Positions 53,012 to 62,032 of a DNA stretch of 64,000 bases are shown piece by piece (position 1 is the first letter of the stretch; the number at the start of each line of letters is the position of its first letter). The DNA comes from Chamaesiphon sp. (lineage in GTDB: Bacteria; Cyanobacteriota; Cyanobacteriia; Cyanobacteriales; Chamaesiphonaceae). Made by a program: the position numbers and the translations under genes. The stretch spans positions 96,001 through 160,000 of the forward strand of contig CBDFFH010000027.1 of the NCBI GenBank assembly GCA_965246715.1, read 5' to 3'. The notes under the pieces are model-generated. The model searched no databases and had not been told where the DNA came from. It worked only from the letters and a program-made list of their open reading frames with translations.

Positions 53012-53641
53012 TTAGTAATACCAACTAGAGTAAACCTTCACAGGGGGGCAGTAGTTAACATTTTGCAACAATTCTTCAACTTTTCCTTTCATTTGGGGGT
53101 TGATTACACCAATCTCTCGAATCAGATGCCACGGACAAATTTGATGAACCAGAAATTCAGCTTGTCTCCTACACTTACGGTTAGGGTCATCTTCTGTATC
53201 AAACCAGTACCTCGATTGCATCAAGTTCCAGTCAATTACATCATCTAAGGCATTCAGATCGTTGTAAAAAGAGGAGTATCCCATAATGGCATGACCATCG
53301 GTAAATGCAAACTCGATCTCTGTCAATGAGATGGATTCAGCCTCACAAACAAAATAGATGACTGGATTTTGACCGTCTTGATAACCTGCAACATTGCCCA
53401 TTTTAATGGTGTAGAGCATTGGAGATCGTGGGGCAAAGTAGAAAGGTACATAGTCGTGCAACACTCCCTTTGCACCGCAGGGAACCTGAATAGTAGCTCT
53501 TCTATCTTGAATGCTTTGATGGGCTATATCTGCATAATTAATCTGTTGCCGATCGAGTGTATTCTTAGCCATCAACCCCCCCGCATCAATAATCGATTGT
53601 AGGTTTCGGAGATGCGTTATGTGATAGATAGAGGTAGGCAT
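53012..53641 (-). CDS. darT: DarT DNA ADP-ribosyltransferase toxin (DUF4433)
   Basis: IYHITH, LHDYVPFYFAPRSPMLY, FTDGHA and RQAEFLV motifs; lies upstream of darG. Confidence 0.9.
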   Translation of the reverse strand: MPTSIYHITHLRNLQSIIDAGGLMAKNTLDRQQINYADIAHQSIQDRRATIQVPCGAKGVLHDYVPFYFAPRSPMLYTIKMGNVAGYQDGQNPVIYFVCEAESISLTEIEFAFTDGHAIMGYSSFYNDLNALDDVIDWNLMQSRYWFDTEDDPNRKCRRQAEFLVHQICPWHLIREIGVINPQMKGKVEELLQNVNYCPPVKVYSSWYY

Positions 53642-54110
53642 CAGAATTTTGGCTACTATGACAGGTTTTAGATTAGCAACTTATAAATGTTGAGTTTCGC
53701 TAATGCTCTACCCAACCTACAACTTTTTTGTCCTGATTCACCGCTTAGCAACTCCCCGTGAGTAGTCGCCAGAGCTAACTCTCCTTGCACCAAATCGGCC
53801 TCTAAAGCTGATAATTCTTCAGCTTTGCGCTATAACTCCTCTAGCTCTGGGCTAAGTGAGATGACTAATCGATCGCTCATAACTAGATCCAAGACTCCGA
53901 AACATAGAATTAAGGTATGTGCGATATACCCAAACTTAGTATGCCCAAAATCTAGATCTGTAGTTCAATTAAGATGAATCCCGACAATCTACAAATATTG
54001 CAATCGGGAGCCTTTTGCCCACTTATTGCCGATCGACAGTTTACGCTCGATTACCTCCAGTACGCTACGCGAACGCATATATGGTGCTTAATCTAAGGCT
54101 GAAGCATGGC

Positions 54111-54160
54111 TTGACAATTAAGCAAATGCTAAAGTATCCTTTAGTTAAGCATTTGCTTAA
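54111..54160 (+). promoter_or_regulatory. sigma70-like promoter with two ArsR-type palindromic operators
   Basis: TTGACA-18 bp-TATCCT; TTAAGCAAATGCTAAA (54118) and TTAAGCATTTGCTTAA (54145). Confidence 0.7.
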
Positions 54161-54168
54161 TTATCTCT

Positions 54169-54492
54169 ATGAGTCGATCGACTGCCAGTACCGACATTTT
54201 TCAAGCGATCGCCGATCCCACTCGGCGGGCGATTCTGGATCGTTTGCAGTGTGGCGAGCAGCCTGTCAAGCACCTTGCGGAACCCTTCGCAATGTCTTTA
54301 CCTGCCATTTCGCAACACTTGCAAGTCTTATCCGCAGCGGGATTAGTCATCCAGCACCGCCGGGGACGACAGCGCATCTACCGACTCAATCCAGCATCCC
54401 TCAAGCCAGTATCAGACTGGTTAAGTCAGTACGAACAGTTTTGGACGGCAAAACTGGATGCTTTAGGAGAGTATCTGGAGGAACAACTATGA
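54169..54492 (+). CDS. ArsR/SmtB family regulator
   Basis: FQAIADPTRRAIL, SLPAISQHLQVL and GRQRIYRL motifs. Confidence 0.9.
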   Translation: MSRSTASTDIFQAIADPTRRAILDRLQCGEQPVKHLAEPFAMSLPAISQHLQVLSAAGLVIQHRRGRQRIYRLNPASLKPVSDWLSQYEQFWTAKLDALGEYLEEQL

Positions 54493-55442
54493 ACCAGGAG
54501 ATGGAGCTGGAAACATTTTATCCCCATCCACCGGAGCGCGTGTGGCAGGCATTGACCGATCGCCGTGCTTTGAGTGTCTGGATGATGAACAACGATTTTG
54601 AAGCTTGCTTGGGGCATCAGTTTCGGTTTGAAAGTTGTCCGCTACCAGGTTTAAAAGTCACAATTTACTGCCAAGTGTTAGAAGTGGAAGCACCAAAACG
54701 CCTAGTTTATAGCTGGAAAGAGCATCCCTCGGATATAGCGTCACGAGTAATCTGGACATTATTTCCAGTCGAAGGCGGCACCCAAGTCCGACTTCAGCAT
54801 CGAGGTACAGGTGCTGTGTCAATTCCTGTATTTGGGCGGCCAATCGCCGATCGATCTCGTAGGGAGATTGACTCTCAATTCACATCTGGGACAGCGATCG
54901 CACATCCCTTCCAGACAGCCGCTTCTACCTCAAAAGACGGCTTACATCGATATTCGGGATTCCCGAACTACCAAATCAACTGGCATTACTGGTTGCACCA
55001 AAAATTACCTGGAGTATTAACTATGAGTTCAAATCAACAGCTTCTGCAAAGTTTATACGCAGCCTTCAATAACCGCGAGCTGGAAACAATCATCTCGGTG
55101 ATGCACCCAGAGGTGAAATGGGCGAACGGGGTAGAAGGCGGTTTCGTCTATGGACGCGACGCGGTGCGCGAATACTGGACTAATCAATATAAAGTTATTC
55201 AAGTGCAGCTTGAAACCTTAAAGTTTGAGACGGATGAAAAGAATCGCAATGTCGTTACCGTTCATCAAATCGTCAGAGATTTACAAGGCAATCTGCTTGC
55301 GGATATGACAGTTAAGCAAATCTTTACCATTGAGAATGATGCGTTGGCACAGCCCCTCTGCAAGAGGATCGTGCTTTATGAAATTGGCGAAACTGAAACC
55401 ATCCAAGAGATGATTCAACAGACGAAAGCTGCCAACGATTGA
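54489..55442 (+). CDS. SRPBCC (AHSA1-like) protein in frame with a SnoaL-like domain (second ATG at 55023)
   Basis: HPPERVWQALTD and PKRLVYSW, then LYAAFNNR and HPEVKWANG; no stop between the two. Confidence 0.75.
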   Translation: MNQEMELETFYPHPPERVWQALTDRRALSVWMMNNDFEACLGHQFRFESCPLPGLKVTIYCQVLEVEAPKRLVYSWKEHPSDIASRVIWTLFPVEGGTQVRLQHRGTGAVSIPVFGRPIADRSRREIDSQFTSGTAIAHPFQTAASTSKDGLHRYSGFPNYQINWHYWLHQKLPGVLTMSSNQQLLQSLYAAFNNRELETIISVMHPEVKWANGVEGGFVYGRDAVREYWTNQYKVIQVQLETLKFETDEKNRNVVTVHQIVRDLQGNLLADMTVKQIFTIENDALAQPLCKRIVLYEIGETETIQEMIQQTKAAND

Positions 55443-55614
55443 GCAAAGCCCACACTTCGCGAACGATGATGTTTCGGCGATTACCTCCGGTAGGCTTCGC
55501 CAACGATCGAGCAGGGATCGATCGAAGCCATAGAAGTCTGTCCACTTCCAGCGTCCGGCTCTGGTGCCTAAAGTCCGCGCTCCAGCGATCAAAGGCACGA
55601 CAACATCTATAGAA

Positions 55615-55770
55615 CCCATTTAAGATCTTTTTAGGCGAGGGCTGTTGTCGTTACAATTTTATTTACAGATAATATCCCGATTTAGGGTGATATCAAGAAA
55701 CTTTCTGGATATCATCCCGATTTCCAGGAAATAGGCGGAAAGTTTCCATATAATAAGTAGTCAGGCTAAC
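55615..55770 (+). other. attI-like site copy C with a ~10-codon intI stub
   Basis: Aligns to 5515-5730 with an internal deletion; minus strand reads QQPSPKKIL; core GTCAGGC at 55760. Confidence 0.65.
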
Positions 55771-55816
55771 AAAAACACCCGTCCGCGCGACTACCTACTG
55801 ATAATGGAGCCAAGAA

Positions 55817-56029
55817 ATGACGACTGAGCCAAATGTGAAGGGGCCTGCTGCTTATTTTCCGTCAATTGAGAAGAAATACGAAAAGCCAATGAGCTACTGG
55901 TTCGCGCTCGTAGATGAACAGAGCGGTCTAAAACACATGGAAATCGTGAACTGGCTAAAGTCCGAGCATGGAATGGGGCATGGCTACGCAAACGCAGTAG
56001 TTGCTTACCACCTTGCCAAGAAGTCATAA
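55817..56029 (+). CDS. DUF4287-like small protein, putative gene cassette
   Basis: KGPAAYFPSIEKKY...KHMEIVNWLKSEHGMGHGYANA; GGAG RBS. Confidence 0.8.
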   Translation: MTTEPNVKGPAAYFPSIEKKYEKPMSYWFALVDEQSGLKHMEIVNWLKSEHGMGHGYANAVVAYHLAKKS

Positions 56030-56043
56030 CATGGTGCGGATTT

Positions 56044-56101
56044 GCCTAACTCTTCTTTGCCGCCGAACGCTTTCGACGGCGGCTGACCTCTGACGTTAGA
56101 C
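56044..56101 (+). other. attC recombination site (58 bp)
   Basis: R'' GCCTAAC, arms GCCGCCG / CGGCGGC, R' GTTAGAC. Confidence 0.8.
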
Positions 56102-56341
56102 AGACAGATGTTCAGTAGCTTTTAACTTTCACTGTTTGTTCCTATAACTAATTCAAGTTTGAGATCGCGCATTGCTCAAGAGATCTCAAATAGGTTCTAT
56201 ATATTTAGCTTTGTCAGATGAGGGTGGGCAAATTACTGGTAAGTACTGGTCTAATTCCAAAATCGATCGACCTTCAGAACTTTCAACAGATATGGATTTG
56301 GCCGAACAATTAGTAGCTAAGTGTCATGAGCCAACCAAAAT

Positions 56342-57277
56342 CTAAACACCAAAACCGATCGCGTTCTTGCTGTCTTGGATGTATTGCTTCGGAGTAATGG
56401 ACACCAGCCGCTTGAAGTGCGAACCAAAGTGGCTTTGACTCACAAATCCAGTTTCAATAGCTACACTCTCGTTGGCGAAGCCTCTCCTTCAGGAGAATCG
56501 ATTTCTTTTTTCTAAGTAGACGTTTTGCCTGTAAAATTCGCAATTGAATTTGATAAGCGTGCGGCGGCATTCCAAAAGTTCTGCTAAAAGATTACCTCCG
56601 GTAGGCTATGCCAACGGTTGAGATGAAAGGAACTCAAATTCGCCACCTGTGCCAATTGCTCTAACGATATTTCTCGATTGTAATTATCTTCTAGATAGTC
56701 ACGAACGTGATGGACAGGCTGAATTTCCGTTTCTAAATTGGCGAGATCCGGTGGTTTTTCTGAATAGCGGAGAATTAATTGTGCTAACAAATCTAGGGTC
56801 AATGTTTGTTGTTCGAGACCAGAGGTAGATCGTTCGATGGCTTGATGAACTCGAACGAATTGGGTATTAAAGTCGCCGTCATGGACTAATGGCAGTGGGA
56901 AAAGTGGCAGATCTGTCTCGCGTCCCGCAACTTCTGTCGCCACTTGTTGAAGTAAATCTATACCCACCCGTAGCCCGCGAAAAGTGCCGCTCCGCTCGCT
57001 AGGAGCATCGACTTGATGCAATTCACCTGGCTGTGTCACAACTAAGGTTTCTGAGGACACGCTGTGGATCGTGCCTCGGTAGTTTAACTGCCAGCCGTTA
57101 CCCTGTCTAAGGTTAAGCTCCAGTTCTTCATGAAAATGGCGGGGCAATGAAAAGCTTTTACAAGTATTCTGAAAGAATTCGATTACCTCCGGTAGGCTAC
57201 GCCAACGATGGCAGGTATCGCGATCGCCAAAGTTTAGGACGTAATAGATCTTCTTTCATCGGCAGATTTGCTTTCAT
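56342..57277 (-). pseudogene. AraC regulator disrupted by three micro-elements
   Basis: Insertions at 57184-57205, 56593-56614 and 56472-56496; removal restores YLPSIEF, HLNRSFS and KSIESVAIET. Confidence 0.9.
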
Positions 57278-57294
57278 AAATAGATTTAAGGAAC

Positions 57295-57669
57295 TCAAGT
57301 TTGTGCCAGCACAAGTGACTTGTTAAACTGCCGCAGGGGTTCAATTTTGACTGGCAGTTTCTCTCCTAACCACAGAGCATAATCTGTATGGTCTGCCACT
57401 GCATCTCCCGTATTAGGGTGAATGAGAATATCTAAGTTTTCGCGGTGCAGCATTAGCCAAGGCACGACCTTATCGAACTGATCTAAGGCAAAAGCAGCCT
57501 GGTACATCGACTTTGGATGAGGGCCGATCGGTCGATCGTGCCAGCTTCCCAACTGCACTTCAAAGCGATCGCCTAATCCATACCGCACACGCTCTGCCAT
57601 CTCGCGGGTCGTGAGGTCGTAATAAATATGGGCATGAAAGCTGGTAATTTCAGCGGTGTGTTCCAGCAT
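57295..57669 (-). CDS. DOPA 4,5-dioxygenase family protein
   Basis: FHAHIYY, PIGPHP, ILIHPNTG and DHT..ALWLG motifs. Confidence 0.85.
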   Translation of the reverse strand: MLEHTAEITSFHAHIYYDLTTREMAERVRYGLGDRFEVQLGSWHDRPIGPHPKSMYQAAFALDQFDKVVPWLMLHRENLDILIHPNTGDAVADHTDYALWLGEKLPVKIEPLRQFNKSLVLAQT

Positions 57670-57742
57670 GTATTTTAATTTTGCCGATTTTGGATGTTAT
57701 GACTTTCTGGTTAAGAACGAACGTGCCTATAACCTAACAAAT

Positions 57743-58591
57743 CTAAACACTGAAACTTATCATGTTCTTGCTGTCTCGAACGTATTGCATCGGCGTAACG
57801 AAAACGAGCCGCTTGAAGTGCGTTCCAAAGTGGCTTTGACTCGCAAATCCGGTGGCAATGGCTACTTTTTCGATCGATAGCTCCTGTCTGAGTAGCCTTT
57901 TTGCTTGCAATATTCGCACTTGAATTTGATAAGCGTGCGGTGGCATTCCAAATATTTGGCGAAACGAGCGATTGAGATGAAACGAACTCAAATCGGCAAT
58001 CTGTGCTAGTTGCTCTAGCGAGATCTCTCGACTGTAATGGTCTTCGAGATACGATCGAACGCGCTCGATGGGCTGACGTTCTTGTCCTAATCTAACCAGA
58101 CAAGGTGGATTGTCAGCACAGCGCAGAATCAATCGTGCTACCAAATCCTGGATCGTAGTTTGTTGTTCGAGTTGAGAACCCGATTGCGATATGGATTGAT
58201 GAACTCGCACGATTTGGTGAGTGAGATCGCGGTCGTGGACTAACGGCTTCGGAAAAAATGGCACCGCTGTTTTGTGTCCAGCAATTTCTAGAGCAACTTG
58301 TTGAAGTAAATCTAGATCGATCCGTAGCCCTCGAAATGTACAGTCTCGCTCGCTCATCCAATTAGCATGATGGACTTCGCCAGGTTGTGTCACTACTAAG
58401 GTATCTGACGGAACGCTATACATCGCGCCGCGATAGTTAAACTGCCACCCGTCACCTTGTCTAATGACAAGCTCCAGTTCCTCATGAAAATGGCGGGGCA
58501 ATGAAGCGGCTTTAGAAACACTATGCACCAACTCGATCGATGGCAGGTAGTGCGATCTCCAAACTCTAATGTGTGAGTGATTTACTTTCAT
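57743..58591 (-). CDS. AraC family transcriptional regulator
   Basis: Intact paralog of 30563-31411. Confidence 0.95.
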   Translation of the reverse strand: MKVNHSHIRVWRSHYLPSIELVHSVSKAASLPRHFHEELELVIRQGDGWQFNYRGAMYSVPSDTLVVTQPGEVHHANWMSERDCTFRGLRIDLDLLQQVALEIAGHKTAVPFFPKPLVHDRDLTHQIVRVHQSISQSGSQLEQQTTIQDLVARLILRCADNPPCLVRLGQERQPIERVRSYLEDHYSREISLEQLAQIADLSSFHLNRSFRQIFGMPPHAYQIQVRILQAKRLLRQELSIEKVAIATGFASQSHFGTHFKRLVFVTPMQYVRDSKNMISFSV

Positions 58592-58696
58592 AGGTGATGT
58601 TTCTAGTCGGATCGCTCGTCAGTGCCAGGGCGGACTGCTGCGACATCGCGGTAATTTACAGAGGATGCTGTCGCTGGCTTGGAGTAGGGCAGGGTT

Positions 58697-60142
58697 TTAC
58701 TCGACAATTTGAGCTTTTGCCCCTCGGCAGTCTGTTTCCCTCACTACAAATAAGGCAACCAGTAGTCCGACGATCGCGAAACCAACACTACCGATCTCTG
58801 CGGCTCCAAATCCTGCGGTCAATGCGATTCGCCCCGCATCTGCCACTCCATCCAACTGAGCGAGCCTTGCCTGCGTTCGAGCCGTTGAGACGGCAATCAG
58901 GATGGCGAGTCCCAACGCCGCTCCAATCTGCTGTGAGGTGTTGAGTAATCCAGATGCCATCCCTTGTTCGCGATCGCTAATGCCCGCCGTCGCCGCGATC
59001 GTCACCGAAACCAGAGTCATCACGAAGCCCAAGCCAATGATGACCGTACCGGGCAACAAATCCCGCACGAAGTTGCCCTGCACCGGAATGCGGCTCAGGT
59101 GTAAGAGTCCGACTACTACCAGCGTTATGCTGCCTGTCAGCGTCGTTTTGATGCCAAATCGGGTCGCACTTTGGGACGCGATCGGGGCAGCAACCATCGA
59201 GGCGATCGCATGGGGCAAAAATGCCAGTCCGGTTTGCAGAGCCGAATAGTGCAGCACCTGCTGCATGTACAGGGTCAAAATGAAAATCGTCGAGCCGATT
59301 GCGGCGTTCATGAGTAGTCCAATCAGATTTGCCCCAGTTAATGTTTGCAAGCGAAAGATATCCAGTGACACGAGCGGATCTTGAGCATGTGCCTCAATCC
59401 AAACAAATGCTGCCAGTAGTACCAGCGCGATCGCAAATAAAATCAACGTTGGCGCAGAACTCCAGCCCGATCCACTCGCTTGCTCTAACGCGTAAACCAG
59501 CACCACCAGTCCAGATGTCACCGTCACTGCCCCCAGGAGATCGATTTTATGGCCGCTCGATCGCGCTTGGCTTTCTGGCAGCAGGATTGGTGTGAAGAAA
59601 AGGGTCAACAAGCCGAGTGGCACATTCACAAACATCACCCATCGCCAGCTCAAGGCATCCGTAAGAATGCCACCGAGTAATACACCCACCGCAAACCCAC
59701 CCGCCGAGATCGCCCCCCAAACACTCAAAGCACGATTCCGAGCTGCTCCCTCAGCAAAAGTGGTAGTCAGAATCGAGAGGGCTGCTGGAGAAACGATCGC
59801 CGCTCCCAGTCCTTGCACGGCACGAGCCACAACCAGGATCGCTTGAGACTGAGCTAGACCCCCGATTAAAGAAGCGATTGTAAACAGTCCCAACCCGATC
59901 GTCAAGACGCGTCGCCGCCCAAACAAATCTGCCGCTCTACCGCCCAGCAGCAAAAAGCCGCCAAACGCGAGTGAATAAGCACTGACTATCCACTGTAAAT
60001 TTTGCTGCGAGAAGCCCAAATCACGCTGGATGGAGTGGAGTGCCACGTTGACGATCGAGAAGTCGAGTACCATCATGAACCGAGCCGCACAGAGCAGCAG
60101 CAGGATCGGCCACGAGCGAGAGTTCGGTGTAGTTTGAGTCAT
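58697..60142 (-). CDS. DHA2 (EmrB/QacA) MFS efflux transporter
   Basis: LDFSIVNVAL, GGRAADLFGRRR and WRWVMFVNVP motifs. Confidence 0.9.
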   Translation of the reverse strand: MTQTTPNSRSWPILLLLCAARFMMVLDFSIVNVALHSIQRDLGFSQQNLQWIVSAYSLAFGGFLLLGGRAADLFGRRRVLTIGLGLFTIASLIGGLAQSQAILVVARAVQGLGAAIVSPAALSILTTTFAEGAARNRALSVWGAISAGGFAVGVLLGGILTDALSWRWVMFVNVPLGLLTLFFTPILLPESQARSSGHKIDLLGAVTVTSGLVVLVYALEQASGSGWSSAPTLILFAIALVLLAAFVWIEAHAQDPLVSLDIFRLQTLTGANLIGLLMNAAIGSTIFILTLYMQQVLHYSALQTGLAFLPHAIASMVAAPIASQSATRFGIKTTLTGSITLVVVGLLHLSRIPVQGNFVRDLLPGTVIIGLGFVMTLVSVTIAATAGISDREQGMASGLLNTSQQIGAALGLAILIAVSTARTQARLAQLDGVADAGRIALTAGFGAAEIGSVGFAIVGLLVALFVVRETDCRGAKAQIVE

Positions 60143-60256
60143 TTGAGATTACTAATTTGGCAACTCCTCGGAACGTTGATTTACAAAGCATGAACGGTCG
60201 AATTTAGAACTCGAAATCTCAAGCCTGGTTGGAGGTTCGGGCGATCGAAATCTCAG

Positions 60257-60997
60257 TTACATGTTTGCGCCGCCATTGGCACAAATATCTTGTCCGGTTA
60301 ACCACCGCCCTTCTTCGCTTACCAAAAATGCCACCACGGCTGCGATGTCTTGGGGCGTTCCGACGCGATTGAAGGGAGAACTGGCAGCGGCTCGCTGCTG
60401 CACTTCTGGCGGCAAATTGCCAAACATTCCAGGAATTGTGGGACCAGGCGTGACGGTATTGACGGTAATGCCGCGAGATCCAACTTCCTTTGCCATCACG
60501 ACGGTAAACAGCTTGATGGCTGCCTTACTCGCTGTATAAAGTGCCATCCCCGATTCAGGATAAAAGGTGGTCGAAGAGGAAATATTAACGATTCTGCCAC
60601 CGTCATTCATGTGTTTAGAGGCTTCCTGCAACGCAAACAAAACGCCGCGAACATTCAGGTCAAATACTTTGTCGTACTCGTCTTCAGTCACATCCGAGAT
60701 CGCGCCCATAAAACTCATGCCAGCATTGTTAACCAGAATATCGATGCGACCAAAGTGCTGCATCGTCTCAGCGAACAGACGGCGAATATCCGCCACCTGA
60801 CTCAGACTGGCTTGGATTGCCACGCTCTTACTACCCGCTGCGGCAATCGCCTCTACAACTTCATTGGCTTCCCGTTCACTGCCAGAATAGTTGATGACCA
60901 CCGTTGCCCCGTCGCGTCCCAACTGTTCCGCAATGCCTCGCCCGATGCCGCGCGACGAGCCAGTCACGATCGCCACTTTTCCAGTTAAAGGTGCCAT
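60257..60997 (-). CDS. SDR family oxidoreductase
   Basis: TGSSRGIG, NNAG and YTASK motifs. Confidence 0.9.
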   Translation of the reverse strand: MAPLTGKVAIVTGSSRGIGRGIAEQLGRDGATVVINYSGSEREANEVVEAIAAAGSKSVAIQASLSQVADIRRLFAETMQHFGRIDILVNNAGMSFMGAISDVTEDEYDKVFDLNVRGVLFALQEASKHMNDGGRIVNISSSTTFYPESGMALYTASKAAIKLFTVVMAKEVGSRGITVNTVTPGPTIPGMFGNLPPEVQQRAAASSPFNRVGTPQDIAAVVAFLVSEEGRWLTGQDICANGGANM

Positions 60998-61078
60998 AAA
61001 TGATTGTCCTCTATGTTAATTATTCAGCCGCTTGCACGAACGGCGATCGATCGGATGATTGACAAAGATCGCCAGAAA

Positions 61079-61984
61079 TTAAATTTTTGAAAGCACATCA
61101 ATCGCGCTCGTCCACCGGACATCGGGATAGCGGTCATTATCCAGGGGTGTATTCTGGACGCTGAACATACTGTATAAATACTGCTTGAGTTGCCAGCTAG
61201 AATATACTTCTTTTTCTCCTTCTGGGTGAGCAGCGCGATCTTGTTTATTTAAGGTAGAGAAATCTACCAGACTGCCCATTGGAATGAGCTTGAATTCTGT
61301 CTTTTTAACTTCTTTGCCGATTGCCACCAATTCGTTCGGGCTAATTTGGAAACTGGCAATTCGCAGAATTTTTGGAGTTGAGACATCGATCGCGGCAGCG
61401 GCAGTATAATCTGCCGTATTATCCATCGTTGTAAAGTCGATTTTCCAGTCGGGATTATCGCCCCAATAGCCGACGCTGTGATTTTTTACATCATAAAGCG
61501 GCGTGTTAGAGTTCAAAATTTCATTGGCAAAAGCTCCGTTCAAGATCGAAGTGGCTGCGATCGAGGATTTGTCTAGATATTGATGAAACTCTTTTCGGAG
61601 ATCGAAATTTCGATTTTCACCTGTGGGCAGTTTGGTAAAGTCAGAAGCAAAATCCGAGGGAATAAAGCGCGGTACACCTGCTGAGATTGCTGCATCCAGC
61701 AGTTTGATTTGCGAGTCAACAATTGTCTCGTGCAGTCCTGCCAAAGCCGAAACCACACACGATGTGCCTTGACAGGCTTGTTTGAGTTCCTCGACATCCG
61801 ACAGATCGACAGTAATTACTTTCGCACCGAGTGCGGTTAGTTTGGGGATTTTTTCCGGTTCGCTACCGTTGCGGACGATGGCGCGAACTTCTGCCCCTCT
61901 GGCTATCAATGCTTTAATGATTCGTCCGCCGAGATTACCCGTTCCACCTGCTACTAAAATTGGCTGATTCATGATGTTTTGCAC
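61079..61984 (-). CDS. NmrA family NAD(P)-binding protein
   Basis: Paralog of 48626-49519. Confidence 0.9.
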   Translation of the reverse strand: MQNIMNQPILVAGGTGNLGGRIIKALIARGAEVRAIVRNGSEPEKIPKLTALGAKVITVDLSDVEELKQACQGTSCVVSALAGLHETIVDSQIKLLDAAISAGVPRFIPSDFASDFTKLPTGENRNFDLRKEFHQYLDKSSIAATSILNGAFANEILNSNTPLYDVKNHSVGYWGDNPDWKIDFTTMDNTADYTAAAAIDVSTPKILRIASFQISPNELVAIGKEVKKTEFKLIPMGSLVDFSTLNKQDRAAHPEGEKEVYSSWQLKQYLYSMFSVQNTPLDNDRYPDVRWTSAIDVLSKI

Positions 61985-62032
61985 GTTTAAGTTTAAGGCT
62001 ATATAATCGAACCTGTCTTCAGCTTAATGAAC

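Noticed and set aside
42245..53722. GTAGGGTGGGCA(C/G)TGCCCAC and CTACCCAACCTAC palindromic repeats (about 42247-42420, 51429, 53690-53720)
   Set aside because: These are common REP-like intergenic repeats in cyanobacteria, degenerate here and with no associated transposase.
53735..53880. Coiled-coil ORF remnant upstream of darT
   Set aside because: It has an internal stop and is too short to call.
54015..54488. N-terminal 158 aa of the 475-aa ORF
   Set aside because: It overlaps the promoter and the arsR gene in another frame. The real start is 54489.
60350..60988. 212-aa plus-strand ORF and similar antisense ORFs
   Set aside because: They are shadows of well-supported opposite-strand genes.
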